From positions 54,250,001 through 54,314,000 of the forward strand of contig OX597818.1 of assembly GCA_951406725.2 (NCBI GenBank): a stretch of 64,000 nt of DNA. The letters are read 5' to 3'. Positions within the stretch are counted from its first letter, which is position 1, and each line of letters begins with the position of its first letter. This document shows positions 38,048 to 51,176 of this stretch, one piece after another. The translations under genes and the position numbers were made by a program. Under the pieces are notes generated by a model, which saw only the letters and a program-made list of their open reading frames with translations, ran no database searches and was not told the origin of the DNA. Source of the DNA: Octopus vulgaris (taxonomy: Eukaryota).

Positions 38048-40751
38048 CAGGGGTCTCCAAAGTATGGCCCGCCAAGGTTTTTAATCCGGCCCGCTAATTG
38101 ATTTGCCATCAATTAATGTCTTTAAATTGCGCCGGCGAATTAAAAATTTATACACTAAACTTTAGTGTAAATATAGGTTCTTTTCCACTCCCCCGTTTTA
38201 ACTGACCCATCAGAACCACCATAAAATGAATTAACTTCGCTATGGAGCTACCTATCATTCATCTTAGATAATAGGCGATTGTCAGCGAGATGGATGGTGC
38301 TGCTTACAATGAAGCAGAGATTCAATTTCTAGCTTTATTGATGTCGCAGAAAAGTCAACCTATTCCGTCAACTGTCGAGAGAGCAGATACGACAAGTATG
38401 ACGTTAATAAAAGTCCCGTGCCTAGTATAATAAAAGAAGACAAATATCGATTTATCGATGTTACCTACATCTCACGAGCGATGAATAGAGAGGGTTGAGC
38501 CTGACGTTGTGTGGTGGTTTCTAATCCTGGTGCAGTCGCCAATCAGCGTGGAGTAAAGTTCGATGCGCATTCCGTCAGTCAGCACAGACTTGGCGTTTTC
38601 GTTGTGCACAAGTGTGAGTCATTTGTTGTCGTCGCTGCCGAAGTGAATGCACGTATCGAGTGACCTGTGAATATTGTTTTTACTTGTTTCGTCCTTTTAC
38701 ATATATCGTCGAGCAAAATCTGTCGACCCATGGTAAAAATGTTAGCTCAAGGAAGAAAACGAAAAATCGACTCTGAGTGTAGAGTTTTTAAGGAACAATG
38801 GAACATAGACTATTTTGTCATAGAGTCAAACAACAAGGCACTATGCGTTATATGCACCGACACAATTGCAGTACTTAAAGAGTACAACATTCGGAGACAT
38901 TATGAAAAAAAGCATTCATCACAGTACTACCAATTCATTGGACAGCTACGTAAAGAGAAATTTGACAAATTAAAGAAGAATTTATCATCAATGCAGTTTG
39001 TTTTCAAGAAGAAGGCTGTAGAAAAAGAGAGAGCAACAAGAGCAAGCTTCCATGTTGCTAACCTTTTGGCGAAGAAAGGTAAGCCATTTACAGATGGTGA
39101 ACTTATTAAAAAGTGCTTGAATGAGGTAGCTAAGGAAATGTGTCCAGAAAACGTAGATTTATTTTCCGCAATTACTCTTTCTGCGAACACTGTTGCTCGT
39201 AGGGTTGAACATATTGAAAGAAATATTAAATCACAGCTAAAAGACAAAGCCAGCAAGTTTGTATGCTTTTCTGTTGCACTTGATGAGTCAATTGATGTAT
39301 CAGACACATCCCAATTGTTATTGTTCATCAGAGGAATAAATGCCAATTTTGAGATTACTGAGGAACTTGTATCTGTGCACAGCATGCATGGAACAACAAC
39401 AGGCATAGATATTTTTAGAGAAGTGGAAAAGTCAGTGGCTGAGTATAATTTGGAATGGAAAAAACTAAAATGCATAACAACAGATGGTGGCAGAAATATG
39501 TGTGGAACCAAAAAGGGCTTAGTTGGGCAAATTAACAAAGTAATTGAGAATTCCGGTGGATTGAAACCTTTGGTATTGCATTGTATTCTTCATCAGCAAG
39601 CACTGTGTGGAAAGCATCTTGATTTATCATCTGTATTAGATCCTGTGATTTCCACTGTTAACTACATAAGATCTCATGGACTCAAACATCGCCAATTTCG
39701 TGATTTCTTGGAGGAAATGAATGCTGAGTTTCCAGACCTACCTTACTATACTTCAGTAAGATGGCTTAGCTATGGAAAAATTCTGGCTAGATTTTTTGAG
39801 CTTCGAACTGAAATTGAAATATTTTTAAATGAGAAAAACCATTCACAGGTGTTGCTCAAAGACAGTGAATGGCTCTGGAAATTAGCATTTTCAGCCGATT
39901 TAACTATGCATCTCAATGATTTCAACCTACGGATACAAGGTGAAACTTCACTCATCTGTGATTTGTACTCAAAGGTGAAAGCTTTTCGTAAGAAATTAAT
40001 ACTATTTGAAAGTCAGTTAACAAGAAGCTGCTTTACTCATTTTTCACGATGTGACAAATATAGACAGGAAGCTGCCACTCCATTTCCAAACTTGTTTGCT
40101 CAAGATGTCATTTTAGCTTTGAAACAACAGTTTGAAGAACGTTTTTCTGATCTTGATGCATGTTCTTCAAAACTAAGAATTTTTGAAAATCCATTTAACT
40201 CTGTTATTGGAGACTTACCTTCTGAGTTACAAATGGAAGTTATTGATTTGCAATCCAATGACATCCTGAAGGACAAATATAAAGAGGGAAATTTGATTGA
40301 ATTCTACAAATGCCTTCCATCCGACCAATTTCTTCATTTAAGGAGGTTTGCCTGTGAATTCATTTCAGTTTTTGGCACCACATATTTGTGTGAGAAGACT
40401 TTTTCAAAGATGAAATACACAAAATCCTGCTACAGATCACAATTGTCTGATGAACATTTAAATGCATTGCTTGTTATTGGAACCACTCATTTTGAACCTC
40501 AGTTGGACAAAATTTTGTCAGAAATGAAACAATTTCATGTTTCCCCTATTGATCAAAGTTAAAAAAAACATGTTAATTGTTACTGATATTATATACATTG
40601 TGATTATGTACTGAATAAATAACCTTTTTTAATTATTAATTCACTATTTATTTATATTATTTTGGTAAAATAAATAATTTAGAACCTTGGCCCCCGTAGC
40701 TTTAAAAATTCAGCAATGTGGCCCTCCGCTGGAAAACTTTGGAGACCCCTG
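38048..40751 (+). mobile_element. Full-length hAT (Buster/SPIN-like) DNA transposon
   Basis: Perfect 16-bp TIRs CAGGGGTCTCCAAAGT; perfect 8-bp TSD TTCTACAA (38040-38047, 40752-40759); inserted inside a SINE whose halves flank it. Confidence 0.95.
38730..40562 (+). CDS. hAT transposase, SPIN/GTF2IRD2-like (610 aa from first ATG)
   Basis: Open ORF: KRKIDSECRVFKEQW, BED-like CxxC..H..H, ALDES, TTDG, HCILHQQAL, VRWLS, YLCEKTFS. Confidence 0.93.
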   Translation: MVKMLAQGRKRKIDSECRVFKEQWNIDYFVIESNNKALCVICTDTIAVLKEYNIRRHYEKKHSSQYYQFIGQLRKEKFDKLKKNLSSMQFVFKKKAVEKERATRASFHVANLLAKKGKPFTDGELIKKCLNEVAKEMCPENVDLFSAITLSANTVARRVEHIERNIKSQLKDKASKFVCFSVALDESIDVSDTSQLLLFIRGINANFEITEELVSVHSMHGTTTGIDIFREVEKSVAEYNLEWKKLKCITTDGGRNMCGTKKGLVGQINKVIENSGGLKPLVLHCILHQQALCGKHLDLSSVLDPVISTVNYIRSHGLKHRQFRDFLEEMNAEFPDLPYYTSVRWLSYGKILARFFELRTEIEIFLNEKNHSQVLLKDSEWLWKLAFSADLTMHLNDFNLRIQGETSLICDLYSKVKAFRKKLILFESQLTRSCFTHFSRCDKYRQEAATPFPNLFAQDVILALKQQFEERFSDLDACSSKLRIFENPFNSVIGDLPSELQMEVIDLQSNDILKDKYKEGNLIEFYKCLPSDQFLHLRRFACEFISVFGTTYLCEKTFSKMKYTKSCYRSQLSDEHLNALLVIGTTHFEPQLDKILSEMKQFHVSPIDQS

Positions 40752-41145
40752 TTCTACAACAACGCCAAGCTGACGAAAGTCTGGTGAAGAGATTTGGTAG
40801 ATGGAAACTCAAACAAGGCCATCGTATAAGTATGCATGTGTGTGTGTGTATGTGTGCATGCATTACTTTCTCTCTCTCTCATCTTGACCGCATGTGCTAG
40901 TTGTAGACAAAATTCACTGACATGCAAGCGGAGACCTCTGTTTCCACTCTTCTTTGAAAGTATACCTGGGTATGGAGACATTTATCTTACTTGCAAACTG
41001 TTGAGGGTTGGCAACAGGAAGAGCATCAAGCCATTGAAAATTAGCCTCAACAAACTGAGCCCAATCGATGCGAGCCTGGGAAAGTGGATGTTAAAACAAT
41101 GATGATGATGATGATGATGGTGATTAAATTAATGTTTAGGTTTAA

Positions 41146-41349
41146 CCCTTTCGTTACTGTATTCATTTTGAGATGCTCTGTGTTTCTTTCAGTTATTTTA
41201 AATATAACAAAGAATTTAGTAAAATAACTTAGTTATCATTCAGCCAGTGTTAGGAACATAAATTGTGATTAAGGTTTGATGGAAGATTTTAATTCAAAAC
41301 TTATGAAAACAAGACATTTGTACTCAGAGCCAGGTTGGTAACGAAAGGG
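41146..41349. mobile_element. piggyBac-type MITE
   Basis: TTAA TSD on both sides; TIR CCCTTTCGTTAC/GTAACGAAAGGG. Confidence 0.85.
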
Positions 41350-41472
41350 TTAAGCAACATTTCCATGTTGGTTTTCCACAAACGTTTTCTGTATTTTCGT
41401 ATATCTCAGACTATATTATCCACTGTCTCCAGGGGAAATCTGAAACTGCAGGACAACCTATAGAATGCTACC

Positions 41473-42358
41473 TATTTCTTTACTACCCACAAGGGGCTAA
41501 ACAGAGGGGACAAACAAGGACAGACAAACGGATTAAGTCGATTATATCGACCCCAGTGTGTAACTGGTACATATTTAATTGACCTCGGTGAAATTTGAAC
41601 TCAGAACGTAACGGCAGACGAAATACATATTTCTTTACTACCCACAAGGGGCTAAACACAGAGGGGACAAACAAGGACAGACAAACGGATTAAGTCGATT
41701 ATATCGACCCCAGTGTGTAACTGGTACATATTTAATTGACCTCGGTGAAATTTGAACTCAGAAAGTAACGGCAGACGAAATACATATTTCTTTACTACCC
41801 ACAAGGGGCTAAACACAGAGGGGACAAACAAGGACAGACACACGGATTAAGTCGATTACATCGACTCCAGTGTGTAACTGGTACTTAATTTATCGACTCC
41901 GAAAGGATGAAAGGCAAAGTTGACCATGGCAGAATTTGAACTCAGAATGTAGCGGCAGATAAAATACCTATTTTAGGTATTTATAAAATGCCTAAAATGG
42001 ATTAAGGCGATTATATCAACCCCAGTGCGTAACTGGTACTTATTTAATCGACCCCAAAAAGGATGAAAGGCAAAGTCAACCTCGGTGGAATTTGAACTCA
42101 GAAAGTAACGGCAGACGAAATACCTATTTCTTTACTACCCACAAGGGGCTAAACACAGAGAGGACAAACAAGGACAGACAAAAATGGATTAAGGCGATTA
42201 TATCAACCCCAGTGCGTAACTGGTACTTATTTAATCGACCCCGAAAGGATGAAAGGCAAAGTTAACCTCGGCAGAATTTGAACTCAGAACGTAAAAACAG
42301 ACAAAATACCACTAAGCATTTTGCCCGGCGTGCTAACGTTCCTGCCAGCTCGCCGCCT
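41473..42358 (-). mobile_element. Tandem SINE array (~5 units)
   Basis: Same unit and junction as the other arrays; one full head at 42305-42358. Confidence 0.85.
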
Positions 42359-42688
42359 TAGAATGCTACTATGCCGCAAGAAAGATTGTGGGGGTGCCCC
42401 AAAGCAACAGGTTAACAAAGAGCGGATACAGGGGGACAGAATAAGGGAAGGGTTGGTGTGGATAATCAGAATCCTTTATTTTCTACATGTTTCAATCATT
42501 AAACTGTGGCCATGCTGGGGCACTGCCCTGAAGAATTTTTAGTCAAATGAACTGACTCTAGTTCTTACATTTTCTTAAGCCTTGTACTTATTCTATCGGT
42601 TTCTTTAGCTGAACTGCTAAGTTATGGGGATATAAACAAACCAACATTGGTTATTGAATGGTACTGAAGGACAAACACAGACAAAAAA

Positions 42689-42724
<36 letters not shown>

Positions 42725-43249
42725 ATATATACAGCAGGCTTCTTTCAGTTTCCGCCTACCGAATCCACTCAAAGGGCTTTGGTTGGCCTGAGGCTACAGC
42801 AGATGAAACTTGATGAAGGTGTAATGCAGTCAAACAAATCAATGCCAGTGCCCCTATTTTGTATGTCTGATGCTTACTTTATCAGTCTCCTTTGCTGAAG
42901 CTCTAAGTTATGGGGATGCAAGCAAATCAACACTGTTTCTCCAGCAGTAGTGAATGCCAAACATATGACATAGTCACACACACTAATATACATATAGGTG
43001 TGTATATATATATATATATATATTAATATTCATATATATATATATATGTGTGTGTGTGTATATCATCATCATCATCATCGTTTAACGTCCGTTTTCCGTG
43101 CTAGCATGGGTTGGACGGTTCGGATGGTTCTGTTACATGCCACCGGCACTGGTATCTCAGCTACAATTTCCATTGATGTTGAAAGATTTCGATTTTCACT
43201 TGCCTCAACAGGTCTTCACAAGTAGGGTTTGTCACAAGATATATATATA

Positions 43250-43895
43250 TAGGCGTAGGAGTGGCTGTGTGGTAAGTAGCTTGCATATGAACCACATGGT
43301 TCCAGGTTCAGTCCCACTGCGTGGCACCCTGGGCAAGAATCTTCTTTCAGCCTCAGGCTGACAAAAACCTTGTGAGTGGATTTGGTAGATGGAAACTGAA
43401 AGAAGACCATTGAATATATATATATATATTTCTTTACTACCCACAAGGAGTTAAACACAGAGGGGACAAACAAGGACAGACAAAGGGATTAAGTCGACTA
43501 CATCGACTCCAGTGCGTAACTGGTACTTAATTTATCGACCCCGAAAGGATGAAAGGCAAAGTCGACCTCGGCGGAATTTGAACTCGGAACGTAACGACAG
43601 ACGAAATACGGCTACGAATTTCGCCCGGCGTGCTAACGTTTCTGCCAGCTCGCCGTTGAATATATATATATGTGTATGTCTGTGTATATGTTTGTGTGTC
43701 TGTGCTTCTCCCCACAACATTGCTTGACAACCGATGCTGGTGTGTTTACGTCCCCATAACTTAGCGGTTCGGCAAAAGAGAACAATAGAACAAGTACTAG
43801 GCTTACAAAGTATGAGTCCCGGGGTCGATTTGCTCGACTAAAGGCGGTGCTCCAGCATGGCCACAGTCAAATGAATGAAACAAGTAAAAGAGTAA
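43250..43895. mobile_element. Nested SINEs (one family inserted in the microsatellite of another)
   Basis: SINE head 43250-43410, opposite-strand SINE 43428-43655, tail 43680-43895. Confidence 0.75.
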
Positions 43896-44819
43896 GGAGT
43901 ATATATATAAAAGAATCCCCGTTAAAACAGAGAAATCAACTTTTATGTGGTTGCTCTGATCCGAAACTTTAATCGAGAACTTTTTCACAGTACGTTTACT
44001 ACTTAATAACTTTCACCCAGGGACGTAGGCAGGTTCTAAAGTTAGGAGAAGTGAGTATATATGAACAATAACAAAAAAAAAAGAAGAAAAGGAAAGGCAC
44101 CGTGACACATACCAAACAATACTTAACTCATTAATTATATCTTTTATAATTATATTCTTTGTAAAGAATGTTGACCGCACCCCGAAATTTTCCTACGTAT
44201 TTTGCAAAAACAAATTTCTGAAAGTGAAAATTGAAGAGAAAAACTTTTTTGGGGTGCGGTGGAATTAAAATTTTTATATTTTTTTTTTTTTGTACTTGTT
44301 TCAGTCATTTTGACTGCGGCCATGCTGGAGCACCGCCTTTAGAGTGGTGAAAGAGTACAGCAGGGATCACCACCATCCCCTGCCGGAGCCTCGTGGAGCT
44401 TTTAGGTGTTTTCGCTCAATAAACACACACAACGCCCGGTCTGGGAATCGAAACCGCGATCCTCCGACCGCAAGTCCGCTGCCCTAACCACTGGGCCATT
44501 GCGCCTCCATATGCCGTTTTTCTGGTTTTTTTTTTTTTTTTTTTTTTTACAGAATCAGAAATCTCCGTACTCGAAAATGGGGAATTCTGTATCAAGAAAA
44601 AGAGAAAGAAAAAAAAAAAAAAAAAAAAAGGAAAAAACGAAAGCGGGGTGTGGTCCCCATTTCTTTACATCCACCTACATTTTATAAACAGGTGTTAGCT
44701 TTTTTTAAAAAAGTGTGATCGGGTGATGGGTCGCTCCTCTACTGGTGTCATCATAGGAAAACAAAAATTACAATAATGGAAAGACTTCGGACAGGCAGAA
44801 GTCTTGCCACAATAATTTT

Positions 44820-45205
44820 CTCTTTACTGGTTTCAGTCATTTGACTGCGGCCATGCTGGAGCACCGCCTTTAGTCGAGCAAATCGACCCTGGGACTTATT
44901 CTTTGTAAGCCCAGTACTTATTCTATCGGTCTCTTTTTGCCGAACCGCTAAATAACGGGGACGTAAACACACCAGCATCGGTTGTCAAGCAATGCTAGGG
45001 GGACAAACACAGACACACAAGCACACACATATATACATATATATATATACGACAGGCTTCCTTCAGTTTCCGTCTACCAAATCCACTCACAAGGCATTGG
45101 TCGGCCCGGGGCTATAGCAGAAGACACCTGCCCAAGATGCCACGCAGTGGGACTGAACCCGGAACCATATGGCTGGTAAGCAAGCTACTTACCACACAGC
45201 CACTC
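44820..45205 (-). mobile_element. Full-length tRNA-derived SINE
   Basis: Same family as 58035-58440 and 59180-59560. Confidence 0.85.
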
Positions 45206-45817
45206 AGTTACTACATAATGTGACAAAATGTATAAATTATGAATTTTATTTTTAGGTTTTCAGTATATTTCATAACGATTGCAGCAAGGAAGGTGTTTAT
45301 AAGCTATAAAAAAACAACAACAACAAAACAGAACAAAAAAACCCGTTAGTTTCACTTTAACGTTTAAATTTAATTTGTCAAAATATTTTCGTCGCTTTGG
45401 AAACCGCGACCTGTTTGTTCACTGATAAAAATTTCGTGCTGCATTTTTGATAATTTTTTTAAGGAAATACAAGTCAGCAACGCAAATTTAGCGAGGGTTC
45501 TCAGCAGAAATTAAGATGGACAAGTACGAATTTCAAGTATTTTGCACAGATGAGAATATATATATATATGTGTGTGTGTGTGTATAAATATATATATATA
45601 TATATGTGTGTGTCTAATCAGCCGAAATTACTACGATGATCCGGTTCTTGACTGAAGACTGAGGGTTTCGAATGTCCTGTCCGTGTTTATTGTATCGTCT
45701 TCTAATATAGTGGTTAATATAGGGCGTAACAAATATCAGAAATTTGTTACGCCCTATATTAACCGAGTTATACGTTCTTGTCCATGTTGTATTTTTCTAC
45801 ATACCTTAATATATATA

Positions 45818-45848
<31 letters not shown>

Positions 45849-45881
45849 GTGTGTGTGTATATATATATATATATGTGTGTG

Positions 45882-45932
<51 letters not shown>

Positions 45933-45959
45933 ATATATATGTGTGTGTGTGTGTGTATA

Positions 45960-46055
<96 letters not shown>

Positions 46056-46065
46056 AATATATATA

Positions 46066-46107
<42 letters not shown>

Positions 46108-46108
<1 letters not shown>

Positions 46109-46460
46109 GGTACTACTAGCGAACAGTGGCTGAATACATATCAAAGAAAATTAAATAATATTTTTCGTTAATAATTTAATAATTTAAGTTAATAATTTTT
46201 TAAACTAAGTAAATAAATTATTTTTTTAAAACAATGTATATATTTTTTTTTTACACAAATTAAATATTTTTCGAAAAAAAGTAAATAATTTTTTAAACTA
46301 AGCAAATTATTTTATAAACAAACTAAGGTTAAGGTTAGGGTTAAAAAAAAATTAGGTTTAGGGGTTAGGGTTAAAAAGCCGTTGTAGGATCGACTACTTA
46401 CGACTAGATAGAGCGGATGTGCGAGTGCGCGCACCGGACCACTGTTCGCTAGTAGTACCA
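46108..46460. mobile_element. MITE with TIR TGGTACTACTAGCGAACAGTGG
   Basis: Perfect ~22-bp TIR; internal GGTTAGGGTT motifs; related to 14792-15045. Confidence 0.8.
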
Positions 46461-46644
46461 TAGGTACTTATATATATATATGTGTGTGTGTGTTTATTTT
46501 TATTAACATTCAGCAGATGTAACAGAATGAGTCAAGGACCGCTAGTTTCGTGCAAGGGCACTTATCAAACGCACTGCTAAATCTTAATGAAAATATACAT
46601 ATCCTTGTAATTTGAGTTGTATTTTTGATGTTTGCATCGACATA

Positions 46645-46688
<44 letters not shown>

Positions 46689-46732
46689 TATGTGTGTGTG
46701 TGTACAAGGGAACAGAGAGAAGAGGAATGATT

Positions 46733-47599
46733 TTACTTGTAAAAGTATAATTCTTTTGTTAACATGCTTGCTATGCAAGGAACCTGTTTCATTTTATTCA
46801 TAAACGAATGGCTGGCATTAGACTCATATTCATAGGCAACCCTACGATTTACTGAAATCATTAATTGTTGCAGTTCAAGTCGGTCTCCGTCTTTTTCCAA
46901 AATGTGAGCCAACGATTGAATGAACCACGATCCATTAGTGGAATTCCTCCAGGAGTAAAATCCAGGGACAGTGGAATAAGCCAGAAGAACGTCGGCCCAA
47001 AGTGGTACTTTGTGAGATGTGACATTTTGGTGCTTGACCCTGACATCACCAGCATCGTGCATAAGGGCACCACTGTCCAGTTTCGTTCCCCGACAGGCTT
47101 GTATGAAGAATAGTTTTGGCTTACCTATTAAACCTGGGCATCTATCAGGAAGCAACATCTCCACTAAAGTATCCAGACTTTCTTTTCCATCAGTGCCAAA
47201 TATCTGGTTATCGTCTTCACCGTGGGTCAATATAACACAAACGAAGCAATTATGCTTCGTATGGTCCATCGTGGATATATCCGCAAAGATTTGTTTCATG
47301 CTTTTCACTGATAAATTCCTGCGGTTAATCACCTTAAAATGCAACGACTCCAATGTGTGTTTAATTGCTGATGCATCTCTGTCGGATCCTTGTCGTTTAG
47401 ACATTTTAGTCGATTCGTCGAAACTTTCATTGTTGATTATTAAAGCCAGGTTCTCTTTGTTACGATCCATGTTATATCTGGTATTTAGAGATTCGCTACT
47501 TCCTTCAACAGACACCATTTCAACATCTTCAGGTTGTGAATCGGGGTTTCTCTCTTTAAAAAATATGCCTTCAACACGTTGTGCATCTGTGTAGTCCAT
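46733..47599 (-). CDS. Caspase-3/7-like effector caspase copy 4 (288 aa, intronless, canonical WRN class)
   Basis: Intact ORF from Kozak ATG; LTHG, FIQACRGTKLD, YSWRNSTNGSWF and SMLTKELYF closely follow caspase-3/7 motifs. Confidence 0.95.
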   Translation of the reverse strand: MDYTDAQRVEGIFFKERNPDSQPEDVEMVSVEGSSESLNTRYNMDRNKENLALIINNESFDESTKMSKRQGSDRDASAIKHTLESLHFKVINRRNLSVKSMKQIFADISTMDHTKHNCFVCVILTHGEDDNQIFGTDGKESLDTLVEMLLPDRCPGLIGKPKLFFIQACRGTKLDSGALMHDAGDVRVKHQNVTSHKVPLWADVLLAYSTVPGFYSWRNSTNGSWFIQSLAHILEKDGDRLELQQLMISVNRRVAYEYESNASHSFMNKMKQVPCIASMLTKELYFYK

Positions 47600-47759
47600 G
47601 GTTGAGCGGAATGTGTATGAATAAGCAGAAACAAGTCGGAACAAGAAACCGCGCGGAAAAACTAAAAATATCTCAGGTTTTTTCCTTCAATTCTGCGCAG
47701 AAACAATAGGTAAACAGACTCCTTCACTTATTTCAAGACAATGTGGATATTCACTGTAT

Positions 47760-47797
<38 letters not shown>

Positions 47798-47912
47798 CAC
47801 AATATAATAGTTAATATGGCTTAATAATTAATAAAACAAAGAACCTGCTGGCTCCAGAGATGTTGCAGGATGCGACAACTTCAGAATAAGAACACGAGAT
47901 TCCGTTAAGATG

Positions 47913-47936
47913 CGTCACTTCCGCTTAATTTTCCCG
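47913..47936 (-). promoter_or_regulatory. ETS-CRE composite motif upstream of copy 4
   Basis: CGTCACTTCCG shared with 30231-30241. Confidence 0.5.
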
Positions 47937-48269
47937 TAATTTTCTTTGTTGAAAAAGAGCACAACTTTTTTGTAAGTTAAAAGCGATGTTTAAAAAAAAA
48001 CGTAATTCTAAAAAAAAAAAATGAAAAAAAAAAAGGAATTAGTAAATAATAAAAAAAAATAAAGTATCGCTATCGTTGTCCCATTATTAATCGCACCATC
48101 TGTGTGTGTGATACTCTTTCTTTGGGTTTTAGACACGGAATATTCTTCTGCCTAGATAATAGATGAGCAAAATGGGGAACAACTCTGACAGACTTTCGCT
48201 ACCTGACAGACGTTCACATCTTTTTATGGGTGTTAGATGGCTTCTCTGTGTTTGTCTGTCTGTCTGTTT

Positions 48270-49066
48270 GTCATTCGGTTTTGTTTCAAGATTTCTTGCC
48301 AATAAACAAAGGGCTGGTTTCTAACCTTGATCCAAGGCTCCTTCATTGGAATTTCAACATCTACAACAGAGTATTTTTGTTTGTTTGTATGTATGCTTAT
48401 TATTCAGTTTATTTCAAGATTTCTTGCCAGTAGAGAAAGAACTGGTTTCTAACCTAGATCCATTGGAATTTCAGTGCCAACAAGGAATGTATGTATGTAT
48501 GTATGTATGTATGTATGTATGTATGTATGTATGTATGTATATATTTATTATGTATATATGTATGTATGCATGTATGTGTGTGTATGTATGTATTTTTTGA
48601 GATGCCTAATTTCTCAAGATTGGTATTTAGGCAGAGTGTTACATATCCCAGGGCCATAATAATTACAGGTATAAACCTCAACTTGTAATCTGGATAGAGT
48701 AACTGCAGATTTCTCAGTAGTTCAGCATAGGTGTTCTCTTTTTCACTTACCTTCAGCTTTATGTTAACATCCGCTGGGCAGCTAATTTCCACAACTGTGC
48801 ACAGTTTCTCTTCTCAGTCCCAAATCATTATTGTGTGTGTGTGTGCTTACATTTTATTGACGTCTTCACTGGGACATTCCATCAGTATTCCTTTTTATTA
48901 TGAGTGGTTGTGGATTCCACCACACTGTGGGTTCTTATTTCTTTGTCTTCGGGACTAGCCTTCTGATGGATTTCATTATAGAGTATCCTATGTATGTATG
49001 TATGTATGTATGTATGTATGTATGTATGTATGTATGTATGTATGTATGTATGTATGTATGTGTGTA

Positions 49067-49103
<37 letters not shown>

Positions 49104-49385
49104 ATGTATGCATGTATGTATATGTGCAGATTTGTATATTTTGTTTTATGTATGTATTCTCGTGCATATGGTTGCATATCTAGACATGCTCATATATATT
49201 TAAATGACAAACTTCTGAAAAGTTTTACAGATTTTTACAGTTCCAGTAATGGATTGGATCTGTAGTCTTCGAATTAGCTTTCTCCTTTCTGGTTTTAAGA
49301 AGCCTAATTTCTGAAGGTCGGTATTTAGGCACTGTATTATATATATTCCAGGGCCCCAATAATTACAAGTATAAACGTGAACTTG
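48270..49385 (-). mobile_element. Fragments of an RLE-type (R4/NeSL-like) non-LTR retrotransposon interleaved with (TATG)n
   Basis: VVEISCPADVNIKLKVSEKENTYAELLRNLQLLYPDYKLRFIPVII resembles a restriction-like endonuclease C-terminus; partial second copy at ~49290-49385. Confidence 0.7.
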
Positions 49386-49649
49386 TGTGTGTGTGTGTGT
49401 GTGTGTGTATGAAAACTCAAATATGAAACTCTTGTTTTGAAAAGAACATATTTTCCAGATTTCATCAATCTAAGATATGTGAACATGCCACACACACATA
49501 CATTCACACAGTCTCACACGCCTATATATATATAGAAATATGTATGCATATGTATGAATGTCTATATACATGCACATATATGAATGTATAAACACACAAA
49601 CACACATATATATACATACATATATATATATATGTAGAGAGAAAAATTA

Positions 49650-49693
<44 letters not shown>

Positions 49694-49698
<5 letters not shown>

Positions 49699-49858
49699 AT
49701 AGAGGGCATTGTTACACATAAATGCCTCACATTAAGAGGGACATAAGTCATTACTACCAAAACTGCATTAGGTACGATTAGTGAAATTTTGGTAGTAATG
49801 ACTTATGTCCCTCTTAGTGTGAGGCATTTATGTGTAATAATGCCCTCTATACAATATA
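49694..49858. repeat. Inverted repeat, ~75-bp arms
   Basis: attgtatagagggcatt...ctaccaaaa / ttttggtag...aatgccctctatacaat. Confidence 0.85.
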
Positions 49859-49978
49859 AATTAATATTTTCAAAAGAAAAAAATTATTTTCGAATTTTTT
49901 TCTCTTATGAGGTTTTTCACGCTAACTACCTGATAATTTCTTGTTAAGATTCCTTATTAAGAAGTTATCCTTAATTGT

Positions 49979-50016
<38 letters not shown>

Positions 50017-50017
<1 letters not shown>

Positions 50018-50935
50018 GTACATATATGTTTATATATATGCATATGTTCTATTTTATTAACCTATTATACGACTAAACGTACGCACCCTATTAAGTAAGA
50101 TTGTTCTGTTTATCAAGTTAGCCTTGATATTAACTCTCACGCGACTCTGCATCTTTCTTTCTTTCTTTCTCTCCCATTCCCTTTTTCGTCTTTTTTTCCC
50201 TCACTTAACTTGTCTCTTCCTCTCTCTCTCATTCTTCATTCTCTCTCTCCCTTTCACCATTCTTCATGGTCTCCTCGCACCATTCCCCTTCTTCTCTCTC
50301 TTCCTCTTGCTCCTCCTCCCCCATTCCCGTCGTCCATCTGCGACGATACTTCCGTCGTAACTGCTATCCTGTCTTTTCTCGCCCGCCTTGTAAGGCTACT
50401 GGTCGACTACATTTGCCCTCTCTCGTCGTCCACGATAATCCAGCGTTTGCAATACTTTTTTCGTCTGGCGTTAACAGCCCTTCTTATCTTGTTCTCCTTG
50501 TCCTGTCTCTCACTGTTATATATTTATTTTTCCACTGTTTATATATATATTTTTTACTGTTTATATGTTTGTACTGTCGTTACCGTCTTGCCGTTTTTTA
50601 CCCCTCTGCGAAAAGATCTCAGAATTTTAATTGATTTGCTTTTCGCGGGAAGGAATTTTTCTTCGAAGTATACGTCTCGCTTTTATCCTTCGAAACGTTT
50701 AGTAGATGAAATCTTAGCGACTGAAGAAGGGGTTTTTTCGTTGTGTTTATTGTCCTGTATCTCTCTCTTTTTTTGCTTGTCTTGTTCCTTGGTTTGTGTC
50801 TATGTGTTTCGTCTCTCTATGTGTTCGACGTCTTTTTGGTGTCCTGTACACATATATGCGTGTATATGTACATGTAGAGGTAGGTACGTACATATATGTT
50901 TATATATATGCATATGTTCTATTTTATTAACCTAT
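50017..50935. mobile_element. Penelope-like fragment bounded by ~48-bp direct repeats
   Basis: gtacatatatgtttatatatatgcatatgttctattttattaacctat at ~50018 and ~50888; internal GAAACGTT and CTGAAGA motifs. Confidence 0.5.
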
Positions 50936-51176
50936 ATATATATATATATATCTGTAAATGAAATATATGACAATTATTCGGTAGCCAAGATAAAACTCTG
51001 AGTTATCCGAATAACTGAAGAGATGGTGGTGTGGATTTCTACCTCGGCATCCAGAACTCTTGGCTACTGAATAATTGTCACATATTACATTTACAGATAA
51101 ATTCCTCTATTTACATAATATTGAGGTCTCTTTCTTTCTTTTGTTATCTTACCGTTTTTAACAATATATACATATA

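Noticed and set aside
38667-40562. Host gene GTF2IRD2/EPM2AIP1 ortholog
   Set aside because: Perfect TIRs and TSD show it is a transposon-encoded transposase; the ORF-track start at 38667 is a GTG.
50210-51001. 263-aa hydrophobic ORF as a membrane protein
   Set aside because: CT/T-rich low-complexity repeat sequence with a non-ATG start, inside a direct-repeat-bounded TE fragment.
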